Part shown: positions 39,066-48,272 of the stretch, in pieces | How the letters are laid out: the number at the start of each line of letters is the position of its first letter | How positions within the stretch are numbered: position 1 is the first letter of the stretch | DNA from: a virus | Taxonomy: Duplodnaviria; Caudoviricetes | Virus record (IMG/VR): IMGVR_UViG_3300032301_000880 | Span: 1 to 59,452 of that record | Length of the DNA stretch: 59,452 bases | Direction: 5' to 3' (one strand) | The notes under the pieces: model-generated | Seen by the model: the letters and a program-made list of their open reading frames with translations, nothing else | Database searches by the model: none | What the model was told of the DNA's origin: nothing | Program-made: the position numbers and the translations under genes

Positions 39066-40232
39066 ATGAAAGTTCAAATTTTAGAATCAGGGGAAATACT
39101 TACTTTCTCAGGTGGCCCAAAGGAGGCCGCAAATCATTTTAATTTATCAAACGGGCTTTTAGGCCTTGCGTCTCTGAGCTCTCAGGGTGTTATTAAGATT
39201 TTACCTAATGATCACCAGGTCGAACCGGAACCGGTAAAAGCCCAAAGTATTAAGCCTATTGAGCAGGACCACAAACCAACACCAAAGGAGGAAAAAAATA
39301 TTATCCCTTTGGTAGAAGTTGTGGAACCAGAAACAAAGGAACCGGAAATTATTGATCCTGAGAAATTAATTTTAAAGGCATTCCAGCAAATTAAAAACAG
39401 TGGTTCTATTGATATTGAACAAGTGCGGGCAATTGTTAAAGAGGAACTATTAAAACAAGCAAACCCGGTAATTGAACACAAGTTTCAAATCCAAAGTTTG
39501 CCAGAATACAAAACAACTGAGGTACATTCCTGTATTGATACGTTGGTAAAATTAGCGATGAATAAGCGGCACGCATGGGTATACGGGCCTCCAGGCTCTG
39601 GTAAATCGTATGCTTGTAAACAAGTGGCGGAAATATTGAATATCCCCTTTTATTCTAAAAGTTTTAGTTCTCAGGCCTCAGTATTTGAATTAAAAGGATT
39701 TCAGAATGCAAACGGTGTTTATGTGGAAACAGATTTTGTAAAATGTTTTAGAGATGGTGGCCTTTTCTTACTGGATGAAATAGACGGGGCAAACCCCAAT
39801 GTATTGTTAAGTCTTAATAGTGCACTATCAAACGGGTTTATAGATACTCCGGGCGGTCAAATTGTTAAAAGTCCCGAGTTCGTTTGTTTTGCAGGTGCTA
39901 ATACCATAGGGACCGGAAACAGTGCTAAATACGCAGGCAGGCAAATAATTGATCAAACCACTATATCCCGTTTCAGGTTTGTTTATTTTGGCTATGATGA
40001 AAATTTAGAAACCGTTTTAGTAGGTTCGGCAATTGCAAAAAAAGTCCAAAAAATTAGACAAAAGGCGAATGAAAAGGGTTTACAGTTTGAAGTTTCTCCG
40101 CGTGTTTCGCTTCAAATTAGGGATGCAATTCAAGACGGTTTTACCCTTTTTGAAGCATGGGATCAAGCACTGATTAACAAATTGAACGAAACCGATAAAA
40201 AGCAGGTTGAAATCTGGATAAGCGAACTATGA
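39066..40232 (+). CDS. MoxR/CbbQ-type AAA+ ATPase
   Basis: GPPGSGKS, LLDEID, GANTIG and YAGRQIIDQTTISRF. Confidence 0.85.
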   Translation: MKVQILESGEILTFSGGPKEAANHFNLSNGLLGLASLSSQGVIKILPNDHQVEPEPVKAQSIKPIEQDHKPTPKEEKNIIPLVEVVEPETKEPEIIDPEKLILKAFQQIKNSGSIDIEQVRAIVKEELLKQANPVIEHKFQIQSLPEYKTTEVHSCIDTLVKLAMNKRHAWVYGPPGSGKSYACKQVAEILNIPFYSKSFSSQASVFELKGFQNANGVYVETDFVKCFRDGGLFLLDEIDGANPNVLLSLNSALSNGFIDTPGGQIVKSPEFVCFAGANTIGTGNSAKYAGRQIIDQTTISRFRFVYFGYDENLETVLVGSAIAKKVQKIRQKANEKGLQFEVSPRVSLQIRDAIQDGFTLFEAWDQALINKLNETDKKQVEIWISEL

Positions 40233-40969
40233 AACACGTATTTAACAGTCTAAATGCTTTTGCGTCCTTCATGCAGGACGCAAATAATAACCTTGACAAG
40301 TTCAAAGGGATTAAAAGGGGTTCTGCTTGTTGGAGTGCGAGGGATGATTTTAACGGTGGTGTATCTTTTGAAACGGCTTTAGGTTATTTGCAAAACGGTT
40401 TTTATGCTCCTGTAAAAGAATTACAAACCGTTGGGAATTTTGAACAAGGTAGTACAATAGACTTTAAGGCTTCAGTTTGCGGTGTGTTTGCCAGCGTTCC
40501 CGCTTATCTAAGTGGGGATCCTTTGGCCTTTTTTGAATTTAATGAACAAGCGACCAATAAAAAATCTTTTCTTATTGACGTTTGTGTACCTGCAAATTTT
40601 GATACTGAAGAACTAAAAAACAAGGTTGAACTTGTTTTAAATATCATTAATTCGCTTGAATGTGACAATATCAAGTGTGAAATAATAATAGGGGTAAAAA
40701 CCGTCGAAATTACAAAACAGGGCAAAATAAAAGCATCTCACGAACTTGAAATAGTTGTTAAACCTTTTGAGGATCGTATAAACTTAGGGACCCATTCCTT
40801 TGCACTTGGTAACATAGCTTTTTTTAGGTCACTGTGCCTATGTTATATCTCCTTATATGCCAAAGATCCGAGGTTGGGCAATGTACGGCCTTACGAATGT
40901 CCTGAAGGAGCTATTAGCGTCTCTTTATTCAGGGACTCGACCGAAACTATTTTAAAGAAAATGCTTTAA
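40229..40969 (+). CDS. VWA-like partner of the MoxR ATPase
   Basis: Coupled to the MoxR gene. VPAYLSGDP, IINSLEC, VKPFED and AFFR are typical of phage CobT/VWA-like partners. Confidence 0.6.
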   Translation: MKHVFNSLNAFASFMQDANNNLDKFKGIKRGSACWSARDDFNGGVSFETALGYLQNGFYAPVKELQTVGNFEQGSTIDFKASVCGVFASVPAYLSGDPLAFFEFNEQATNKKSFLIDVCVPANFDTEELKNKVELVLNIINSLECDNIKCEIIIGVKTVEITKQGKIKASHELEIVVKPFEDRINLGTHSFALGNIAFFRSLCLCYISLYAKDPRLGNVRPYECPEGAISVSLFRDSTETILKKML

Positions 40970-40994
40970 TCCCGGCCCTAAAATCAATTTTTTG

Positions 40995-41051
40995 CCCTGT
41001 TTACGATATTGTTTTAAACTCCTCAGAAGAGTTAACAGGGACTAACATTTA
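40995..41051 (+). ncRNA. tRNA-minihelix-like element 2
   Basis: CCCTGTT/AACAGGG (7 bp) plus AACTC-CTCAGAA-GAGTT (5 bp), then A and CTAACATTTA. Confidence 0.6.
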
Positions 41052-41064
41052 ACAAAACAACAAA

Positions 41065-41556
41065 ATGAAAAAGACAGTAAAAACAATTAAGGCGGATTTA
41101 GAAGCTATTAAACACATAGCAGATGTTTCTGTAAATTATTCCACCAAAGTAAAAGCAAAAGACAGAAAGGAGCTTGAAGGCCTTTCAGAAGCCTACCAAC
41201 TTATTTGGGATCGTTCAATAGGCTTGCAATTAGAACTAAAGGAGTTTTTTTATATGCTCGTTTTAGATCGTGCAAACAAAGTTTTAGGGATTATGAAATT
41301 AGGAGAAGGTAGTGCCAGTGCGTGTATTGTTGATATTCAGCAAATGGTTAGAACTGCGCTCCTTTGCAACGCTCAGGGAGTTATTATGTGGCATAATCAT
41401 CCATCAGGGAATATAAACCCATCAGAAGCAGACAAAGTAATAACTGAAAGGGCAAAACAGGCTTTAAAACTAATGGATATTAATCTAATAGACCATTTTA
41501 TAATAACAGCAGAAAAGTACTGGTATACTTCATTTAAGAAAGAAGGGTTATTATAA
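41065..41556 (+). CDS. radC: RadC-like JAB-domain protein
   Basis: KEFFYMLVLD, HNHPSG, PSEADK and DHFII. Confidence 0.9.
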   Translation: MKKTVKTIKADLEAIKHIADVSVNYSTKVKAKDRKELEGLSEAYQLIWDRSIGLQLELKEFFYMLVLDRANKVLGIMKLGEGSASACIVDIQQMVRTALLCNAQGVIMWHNHPSGNINPSEADKVITERAKQALKLMDINLIDHFIITAEKYWYTSFKKEGLL

Positions 41557-41652
41557 TACCGCCTCCCTTTTCAATCTTTTGCAGGTATTTAAAAATCTTT
41601 AGTATTAGTAAAAACTTTTACTAACTTTGAATAACAATTTAACCTTTTCATC

Positions 41653-41847
41653 ATGAACAAGACAGAAAAAAAATTGTACGTACTTATGTTCTTCCTTCTC
41701 GCACTCATAGCGGGAGTTAAGGAGCATAGAAAAGCGGAGTTTGACCATTCCATCAAGCACTTTAGCTTACCCAGTAACAGGTATAAAGACCTGGTTAAAA
41801 ACATTGAAGCACACAGAGAATTTTCAATTAATCAACATGGAAACTGA
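41653..41847 (+). CDS. Small membrane protein
   Basis: One hydrophobic helix, with TAACTTTG upstream. Confidence 0.5.
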   Translation: MNKTEKKLYVLMFFLLALIAGVKEHRKAEFDHSIKHFSLPSNRYKDLVKNIEAHREFSINQHGN

Positions 41848-41998
41848 ACCTTATTTCAACCCTGAACAATTTGTGGGCTTTTGTATCTTCTTTATCTTCC
41901 TTTACGGGTTTGTGATGGCTTCAATAGGAATGTGGTTCTACAAAGCAAGTAAGAAAACAGATGGGAAAGATGTTTTTATATCCCGCCGGAAAAATTAA
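41837..41998 (+). CDS. Small membrane protein
   Basis: Likely start METEPYF, with a transmembrane stretch FVGFCIFFIFLYGFVMASIGMWF. Confidence 0.5.
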   Translation: METEPYFNPEQFVGFCIFFIFLYGFVMASIGMWFYKASKKTDGKDVFISRRKN

Positions 41999-42003
41999 TC
42001 AAT

Positions 42004-42074
42004 TAGGGGCAAACGGTCAAAAGGGAATCTGATTCCCGCAGGAGGTTCGAGTCCTCCACCCCTACTAACATTTA
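42004..42074 (+). ncRNA. tRNA-like element 3 (T-arm and extra hairpin, no D-stem)
   Basis: TAGGGG/CCCCTA, GGGAAT-CTG-ATTCCC, GGAGG-TTCGAGT-CCTCC, then CTAACATTTA. Confidence 0.65.
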
Positions 42075-42085
42075 ATAACAACATC

Positions 42086-42721
42086 ATGAGAAAGGCAGAG
42101 TTAAGGCAGTGTATTACTGAACGTAGTACTTACTGGTCCAAAGGTCGGTTAATAAGATTTATTACCATTTACATGGCATCTGGTTACAGGTGGGAGGATA
42201 CCGCTGACCCTGAACGAGAGGGTATTAGTTACCATTTTACAGAAGAAGAAGCAATTGCAGCAGCGGACAAAATTAATTTGTCATTAGGGTTTAAAGCTCA
42301 GGTAGATTCAATAGAGATTGACTATGAAGAAGCAAATCAGCACTTTGCCTTCCGGCAGGAGTTTACCTGGTCAGACGTGGACCATAAAAGATTTTACCCG
42401 AATAGTACAACCATTTATTGCGGAAGGTTTAATGCCGGTTTAGAGTTAAGCCCTGATGCCATTGTAGTAGGTTATAATCATCATATGTATATGAATTATT
42501 CATATGATATCAATTTTGTAGGGCCGGTGAGGGATACCCACCTAAAAAAGGAATCTGACTTGGTAAATTCTAAAGACTCTACAACGGCTACTTATTTTAC
42601 CGTTTATGAAACCATAGAAGAACTGGAAGAGTCTTTTAAAAAAGGGGCTTCTGTACCATTCAATAAGATTAATAGAGGGTCAAGGTTAATCAGGGAGTTT
42701 ATTGAGGAGTCCCGCACCTAA
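42086..42721 (+). CDS. Hypothetical early protein
   Basis: 211-aa ORF after element 3. Confidence 0.65.
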   Translation: MRKAELRQCITERSTYWSKGRLIRFITIYMASGYRWEDTADPEREGISYHFTEEEAIAAADKINLSLGFKAQVDSIEIDYEEANQHFAFRQEFTWSDVDHKRFYPNSTTIYCGRFNAGLELSPDAIVVGYNHHMYMNYSYDINFVGPVRDTHLKKESDLVNSKDSTTATYFTVYETIEELEESFKKGASVPFNKINRGSRLIREFIEESRT

Positions 42722-42734
42722 AATTAATCAAACG

Positions 42735-42791
42735 CCCTGTTTGTGATATTGCTTCATCCGGCTCAGAACCGGAAACAGGGACTAACATTTA
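42735..42791 (+). ncRNA. tRNA-minihelix-like element 4
   Basis: CCCTGTT/AACAGGG plus TCCGG-CTCAGAA-CCGGA, then A and CTAACATTTA. Covaries with element 2. Confidence 0.65.
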
Positions 42792-42804
42792 ACAACAAAT
42801 CAAA

Positions 42805-43314
42805 ATGGGTTTAGACAGCTATTTAGTTAAAAAAACGTATGTTAAAAATTGGAAACATACGCCTGCCAAAGAAAGGCACACTGTAACCGTTTTATTGAAT
42901 GGGGAATTATCCCCCGAAATAAAACCAGAAAGAATGTTTTCAATTGTTGAGGAAATTTGGTCTTGGAGGAAAGCAAATCAAATACACAAATGGTTTGTAG
43001 ACAACTGCCAAGACGGAGAGGACAACTGTAAAGAGTACTATGTAAGCAGAGAACAACTTCAAGAACTTGTAGACATTTGCGAAAAGGTTCGGGATAGTTT
43101 GCTTGCTGAAGGTAATTCCGAAGGGGAAATGGGCAAAAGAAGGTTTTTAAACACCGATGTCGCTAAAGAATTACTCCCAACCTCATTAGGGTTTTATTTT
43201 GGAAGCGAGGCTTACGATGAAAACTATCTCATAGACCTGAAAGAAACAATTGCTTATGTAAAACCTGAGCTTTCCTCCAAAACCGGAGATTTTTATTATC
43301 AGGCTTCTTGGTAA
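42805..43314 (+). CDS. Conserved phage hypothetical protein
   Basis: MGLD..., WRKANQIHKWFV, LLPTSLGFYFG and YYQASW form a recurrent phage family pattern. Confidence 0.7.
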   Translation: MGLDSYLVKKTYVKNWKHTPAKERHTVTVLLNGELSPEIKPERMFSIVEEIWSWRKANQIHKWFVDNCQDGEDNCKEYYVSREQLQELVDICEKVRDSLLAEGNSEGEMGKRRFLNTDVAKELLPTSLGFYFGSEAYDENYLIDLKETIAYVKPELSSKTGDFYYQASW

Positions 43315-43320
43315 GCCTAA

Positions 43321-43373
43321 GCGGGAAAATGGTTTTAAGAGGGTTCGATTCCCTCTTTCCTGCCTAACATTTA
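43321..43373 (+). ncRNA. tRNA-minihelix-like element 5
   Basis: GCGGGAAA/TTTCCTGC stem, AGAGGG-TTCGATT-CCCTCT arm, then CTAACATTTA. Confidence 0.65.
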
Positions 43374-43384
43374 ATTAAAACAAC

Positions 43385-43618
43385 ATGACAGAGTACCTTT
43401 TAAAAACAGAAGCAGGCCCGATTGCCTTCTTTAAAGTCCCCCCACAACTACCAATGGAGGACTTGACTAATATGGTTCGCTCAAAGATTGAGCTTGAATC
43501 TAATACTCCCGTTATCCTTAATATGGGCTTGCCTCATGTTAAGAATAATGTAATCATGTTTAACTACATGACCGATTCCCTTACTACTCACCAGGCAACT
43601 CTTACTCCTTCCAAATGA
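43385..43618 (+). CDS. Hypothetical protein
   Basis: 77-aa ORF after element 5. Confidence 0.55.
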   Translation: MTEYLLKTEAGPIAFFKVPPQLPMEDLTNMVRSKIELESNTPVILNMGLPHVKNNVIMFNYMTDSLTTHQATLTPSK

Positions 43619-44634
43619 ATTTAAAAGAATTGCAGGCTATATTAGCCAAGTGTAAGATAAAGCCTTCCAGAAGCATTCCTATCGCCTCCGGCATAACATA
43701 CCATAATGGAATCTGGCAGGTAACTGATTTTAACAGTTACCTACAAATCCGGTACAACATTGGAGATGGAACATTTTTTATTCCTTTGCCTTTGGCAAAA
43801 AAAGCCAAAAAGATTGAAATTGTTGGCGGGATTATGCTTATAAACGGGTTTGAACACCCAGAGGCATATCCCATTGAATCAGAGGATCTTCCAAGTACAG
43901 ATGCATGGCTCCAATTGAAAAACTACATAGGCGTTTATCATATTGACATTCCTAACATAACTGATACTGTTTGTAGTACTAACCCTTTGCTACCTGCTAT
44001 AAATGGAATCTGTTTTGACTTCCCAGAATCTAAGGCTATTGCTACGGATGCTCATATTCTAAGAACATGGGAGTTAATCAACATAAAGCTAATAAAAGGG
44101 GATGCGGTAACAAGTCAAGTCATTTATCCTACTACTATTGCACAACTAAAGGGCATGACAGGGCTTAATGTTCAGGTAAACAAAGGGGCTTCCTTATTCT
44201 TAACCAAAGATTTTGACCTTATTGTTAAGCATATAGATGAAAAATTCCTTGCCTATCAAAATGTATTCCCAAGTCCTAACGACGTTAATTATATCGTATC
44301 GGCTCATAAGGACCTAATGTTAGCCTTGTGTGATTCTATCCCAGAAAGCGGGAAGCATAAGCACTTTGCTATGGAAATTAAGGATGAAAAAGTTACTGTT
44401 TTTGGCAAAGATGCTGAAGGTGTTATTTCTGACAAAGGAGTTCCCTTTCTCCATTGCCAAGTAATTCAACCAAGTCCGGAGGCTTCTATTAGAGTAGGCT
44501 TAGATGCCAAAAAACTAAAAACTATTGTTACCAGCATTACAGAAAGCAAATTTATCCGTATGGGCATTAGCACTAACAATAGAGCGTTTTTTATAAACGA
44601 TTCAAACCTCATTTTCCCTATGATCTTTTCGTAA
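43615..44634 (+). CDS. DNA polymerase III beta-clamp-like protein
   Basis: 339 aa with PAINGICFD..AIATDAHIL, IDEKFLAYQNVFP, VGLDAKKL and a terminal LIFPM, following the DnaN pattern. Confidence 0.65.
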   Translation: MNLKELQAILAKCKIKPSRSIPIASGITYHNGIWQVTDFNSYLQIRYNIGDGTFFIPLPLAKKAKKIEIVGGIMLINGFEHPEAYPIESEDLPSTDAWLQLKNYIGVYHIDIPNITDTVCSTNPLLPAINGICFDFPESKAIATDAHILRTWELINIKLIKGDAVTSQVIYPTTIAQLKGMTGLNVQVNKGASLFLTKDFDLIVKHIDEKFLAYQNVFPSPNDVNYIVSAHKDLMLALCDSIPESGKHKHFAMEIKDEKVTVFGKDAEGVISDKGVPFLHCQVIQPSPEASIRVGLDAKKLKTIVTSITESKFIRMGISTNNRAFFINDSNLIFPMIFS

Positions 44635-44652
44635 CACCTTACCCCAAATAAA

Positions 44653-44859
44653 ATGACAGAGAAAGTAAAACTGCTGGGAATTACGGCTCAGGACTTAATA
44701 GTAGTCTACCTAAATGGAATTCAGATAGTAGCCAAACCAGAATCAGAAGAGATTCTAAGAGTTAGAAGACCTCTATTCCAATGGGTGCCAGATGTACTAA
44801 TTGAAGTATCAGCTTCCCTTAAACTTAAATGTGAGAATGCAGTAAAACAGATGGTGTAA
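44653..44859 (+). CDS. Hypothetical protein
   Basis: 68-aa last ORF of the early block. Confidence 0.5.
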   Translation: MTEKVKLLGITAQDLIVVYLNGIQIVAKPESEEILRVRRPLFQWVPDVLIEVSASLKLKCENAVKQMV

Positions 44860-44890
44860 TACCGCCCCTAAAATTAATCTTTTAGGCTTA

Positions 44891-44926
44891 AAAACCCGCC
44901 CCTGAATAAAATCGGAGGCGGGTTTT
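44891..44926. terminator. Bidirectional terminator between convergent blocks (also a CCGCC-motif copy)
   Basis: AAAACCCGCC...GGCGGGTTTT. Confidence 0.75.
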
Positions 44927-44943
44927 CTCATGGTAGTTTAATA

Positions 44944-45984
44944 TTACTCTTCGCTTAGATCCACATACTTACCCAGCTCCCTGAACCTTTGCGGACATAC
45001 AGAACGTACTGAACAGTAGTATAAACACCTTGTAGGCTCTCCCTTTCTTTCTAAAATAGAATACATTCCTGACGGAGCATTAAGCGTACCCAAAAAGGCT
45101 TCAGCAGCTTCCCTCCTATCAAATATCCTGGTAGCTTGCTTGTTCCCTTTTTTCATTACGGCAAACATAGAATCACTCTGCCATTTATCCGCAGGAGTAC
45201 ATTCAATAAGTTCATTCCGCTGTACGTACCCATCCACCTTTTCTACCAACTGCTGAACGTTATCTACAATGGAAGGTAGTTTCTCATCCGGGAAAGAGAA
45301 TGCAATGCTATGTGCCTCCACTGCCTTTTTAGGATAGGAAAAATTATGCAACCCTTTCATCTTGGAATAATCCTTGTAGAATAAAAGCAGTTCCATTTTC
45401 TCAATCTTAATATCCATCACTACCCAGATCAGCCAACGGTAGAAGTTCAGTTGCTTACTTCTTTCAACGGTATAGCCTCCAGTTTTTGCCTGGCTAACGG
45501 AAACGTTCTTTAGGTCCACCAACCGCTTTTCGGATTTGACTATCTTATCCGGCCTACCTGAAATAGTAAACCCGTTGGGTAGCTCATACTTTAGGCTATG
45601 CTCCAATAGCACATCATCCCCTTGTGGCATATAGAAGTCCTTAAACTCTTCCAGCATGGCTCTCAAAGTATCAGCCTTGTCCGCTATCTCAGGGTTCTTG
45701 TACGTCATGCGCTCAAGGATCTTCAATGCCTTCTGCATGATGGCTAATTCGTAGTCCTTGTAGTGCGCCATTTCTAATACATGGTGCATAGCACTCCCTT
45801 GTAGCATAGGTATCATATCGTGTACGTCCTGCTCAAAGTGAACGTTACGCTTCAGTACCGTTATCTGAAGGGGTTGGAACAAGTCGGAAGGACTGTATTG
45901 TCCTTCCTTTATGTATCCATCGAAGGAGACAGCATCTACTATCTCTTGGGGATACCCAAGTTTATTGGTAATTGTTGATGGCAT
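44944..45984 (-). CDS. PD-(D/E)XK exonuclease (Cas4/RecB-like)
   Basis: YSPSDL, GSAMH, ISGRPD..LVDLK, QLNFY and C-terminal RCLYYCSVRSVC. Confidence 0.8.
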   Translation of the reverse strand: MPSTITNKLGYPQEIVDAVSFDGYIKEGQYSPSDLFQPLQITVLKRNVHFEQDVHDMIPMLQGSAMHHVLEMAHYKDYELAIMQKALKILERMTYKNPEIADKADTLRAMLEEFKDFYMPQGDDVLLEHSLKYELPNGFTISGRPDKIVKSEKRLVDLKNVSVSQAKTGGYTVERSKQLNFYRWLIWVVMDIKIEKMELLLFYKDYSKMKGLHNFSYPKKAVEAHSIAFSFPDEKLPSIVDNVQQLVEKVDGYVQRNELIECTPADKWQSDSMFAVMKKGNKQATRIFDRREAAEAFLGTLNAPSGMYSILERKGEPTRCLYYCSVRSVCPQRFRELGKYVDLSEE

Positions 45985-46004
45985 ATAAATAGGGCAACCG
46001 CCCC

Positions 46005-46286
46005 TTATTTTGTTGGATTAGGGGTTTGCGCCTTAAAAAATTCATGCTTCAGCAAAAGTCCCGGTCGTGCCAGACAAAGGGAACCCACCTTATACCCGGT
46101 ATACACTTCCCCAGAAACAATTCCGGAGATATGCAACGTGGAAGGATTGAGATGATAAATAACACCCCTTTGCATTTCAAAGTAGTGGATACCTTCAGGA
46201 CAATGCCTGTTGTGGTATTCTATGACTCTTTCCTCTTTCTTTTCCATAACGGATAAATCATAATAAAGTGAACGGTACCGCCACAT
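46005..46286 (-). CDS. Hypothetical protein
   Basis: Up to 93 aa, start uncertain. Confidence 0.4.
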   Translation of the reverse strand: MWRYRSLYYDLSVMEKKEERVIEYHNRHCPEGIHYFEMQRGVIYHLNPSTLHISGIVSGEVYTGYKVGSLCLARPGLLLKHEFFKAQTPNPTK

Positions 46287-46349
46287 ATAGCGGCTACAAT
46301 CAAATTAACAGCCCATATCGAGGCTTCCTGAATGGTTTCAAAGTCCATG

Positions 46350-46715
46350 CTATAATAAATCAAGTTGTACTCCTGCTTCTGAGCAGTAGACCTCTACTGC
46401 TATTGTGTATTGTTCAAATTCCATATCAGTTAAGGCTCTGGTAGATGCTTCTACGCTCCCCAGAAACTCCTTCTTAAAGAATTTATCTGCTTTCCCCTTA
46501 TTAAAATGCTCCCCTTGCGCCGTCATGTGCTTGGCGAACCTGTCGCACAACACTCCATGATAGTAAGCGTTTCTGGCATCCCTGCCTCCCGATTCTGGAA
46601 TCTTAGTAATAGAGATTTTTACAAGGGAACCCTTGTAGTAAGCCAATGCCCTGTTAATAAAACCACTTGCAGGAGCAGACGAACCATTCTCGTTAATCCT
46701 GATTAATGCTTCCAT
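46350..46715 (-). CDS. NinB/Orf-like recombination protein
   Basis: RDARNAYYHGV...FKKEFL...STRALTDMEFEQY. Confidence 0.65.
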   Translation of the reverse strand: MEALIRINENGSSAPASGFINRALAYYKGSLVKISITKIPESGGRDARNAYYHGVLCDRFAKHMTAQGEHFNKGKADKFFKKEFLGSVEASTRALTDMEFEQYTIAVEVYCSEAGVQLDLL

Positions 46716-47172
46716 ATTGGTTCAATAATTCCTGAAGGAAATGTACGTTCCTGTCGTAAAACTGGCGTACTTCAATCCTGTTGTCCATCTTCTTTTTCAG
46801 GATGTCCAAATACTCTGCCTCTGGTTGGGGCTGGCATTCTTCTTCAGAATACTCACCGACAGCTTCGTGCATATAGTTGTCGGCTATATTAAACGAACCC
46901 CTCTGGTTATTCAACTCTTGCACTAAGATAATAAGGAGTTCCTTTTTCTCTTCCTTAGAGGCTTTCTTTACAAACAACTCTATCTCTGCCTTTACCTCTT
47001 CCTGAGTAATGGTTTGGTATCCCACCTCAGAAAAGAAACGGGTAAAAAATTTTCCTACCACAATTGATGTTGGCTCATACGCTAACTCCTGACTTGCGTC
47101 CCCTACGGTTAAGTATCTGCGTTCCACTTCTTTTTGCAACTCCGGCACGGATTTCTGTTTTTGCTTTTTCAA
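46693..47172 (-). CDS. Hypothetical protein
   Basis: 159 aa, TTG start. Confidence 0.55.
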   Translation of the reverse strand: MKKQKQKSVPELQKEVERRYLTVGDASQELAYEPTSIVVGKFFTRFFSEVGYQTITQEEVKAEIELFVKKASKEEKKELLIILVQELNNQRGSFNIADNYMHEAVGEYSEEECQPQPEAEYLDILKKKMDNRIEVRQFYDRNVHFLQELLNQYGSINQD

Positions 47173-47194
47173 AATTAACTATTTTTACAACGTA

Positions 47195-47446
47195 ATGGTT
47201 AAGCCTGCCCAATCTACTTTTGATGTTTTTATGGAGAAACTACGGGCATACATAGTTCCCTCTCTCTTTGCGTTTATTATATTCCTTATTATGACCCTTG
47301 CTTCATTCCTAAGAAAAGATTTTGATAACCTCTCAGATGATATTAAAGACCTTAAAGAAATGGTGTCCTCCATGAATACTCAAATGGCTATCGAATCAGA
47401 AAAAACAAAAGCTCTAAAGGATAGGTTAGATAGGTTAGAGAAATAA
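47195..47446 (+). CDS. Single-TM coiled-coil protein (holin/hemolysin-like candidate)
   Basis: TM IVPSLFAFIIFLIMTLASFL, then a coiled coil ending RLDRLEK. Isolated on the opposite strand. Confidence 0.5.
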   Translation: MVKPAQSTFDVFMEKLRAYIVPSLFAFIIFLIMTLASFLRKDFDNLSDDIKDLKEMVSSMNTQMAIESEKTKALKDRLDRLEK

Positions 47447-47477
47447 TACCGCCCTTCATTTTAATCTTTTGCGGGCT

Positions 47478-47705
47478 TTACCACCAAGAAATTCGGTATT
47501 TATCGCCTTCACTATCATTACGGGTTTTCGCTACCTGAAATCCGTGCCTCATTAATGCTTTAGTAGTTTTTTCCGTTAATGTAGGAACCTCTATAAATGG
47601 CTTTTCTTCTGAAACCCTTGCTTGAGCATAGATTTGGTTTAATATCCCTTGAAATTCTGAGTTACACTCATCAGAAATTAATCGTGCTTTTTCTCCGCTA
47701 TTCAT
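47478..47705 (-). CDS. Hypothetical protein
   Basis: 75 aa ending YRISWW, after an ECF-type promoter. Confidence 0.6.
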   Translation of the reverse strand: MNSGEKARLISDECNSEFQGILNQIYAQARVSEEKPFIEVPTLTEKTTKALMRHGFQVAKTRNDSEGDKYRISWW

Positions 47706-47741
47706 TTGGTTTGTTGTTTAAAACGCTTTACGATACCGCCT

Positions 47742-48206
47742 TTATTTTTGTTCAGAAGCGGGTACAGTCCAATCGGGGTGCATATACACCACCTTCGATG
47801 GGGTAAAGTACCTTTCCCTCCTGCCATCCTCCTTTATCACAAGGTAGGACAACTGATCGCCATTGCTCTCTTCTGTAATAGATACAACGCCATCCTTGCC
47901 CGGCTGTAAAGAATCCGTAGCCAATTCGCTCCTGTGGTATAAAAACATAACCAGAGGATTAGGAGTTTTTTCTGTTCGATAGGCTTTAGATTTTTTCAGA
48001 ATGGCTATAAACGCATCGCAATTAGCCCCTAACTCTTCAATAGGCATTTCGGCTATTTCACTCCCCATCTTGTATATTTCACTATCCTCATCATCTAAGG
48101 AGTCAATAGTAAAATTCGTGCTGAATTTTGCATCACACTTTTCATCTTCTGAACAAGTGAAACACTGTTCTGTGCAATTGCCAAGAGCGCATAGAAAGTT
48201 ATTCAT
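47742..48206 (-). CDS. Hypothetical protein (Cys-rich N-terminus)
   Basis: 154 aa after the promoter at 48215-48240. Confidence 0.6.
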   Translation of the reverse strand: MNNFLCALGNCTEQCFTCSEDEKCDAKFSTNFTIDSLDDEDSEIYKMGSEIAEMPIEELGANCDAFIAILKKSKAYRTEKTPNPLVMFLYHRSELATDSLQPGKDGVVSITEESNGDQLSYLVIKEDGRRERYFTPSKVVYMHPDWTVPASEQK

Positions 48207-48272
48207 ATTGTTTATACGATACCGCCTCCAAAAAGTTTCAAAACCCCTGATTTATTGATTTTAGGGGCGGGA

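Noticed and set aside
42004-42064. Canonical tRNA gene
   Set aside because: It has a good T-arm, but is only about 60 nt with no D-stem, a 3-nt loop in place of the anticodon loop and no CCA. Reported as a tRNA-like element instead.
44944-45984. CRISPR-associated cas4
   Set aside because: No cas genes or array nearby. Stand-alone phage PD-(D/E)XK nucleases of this type are common.
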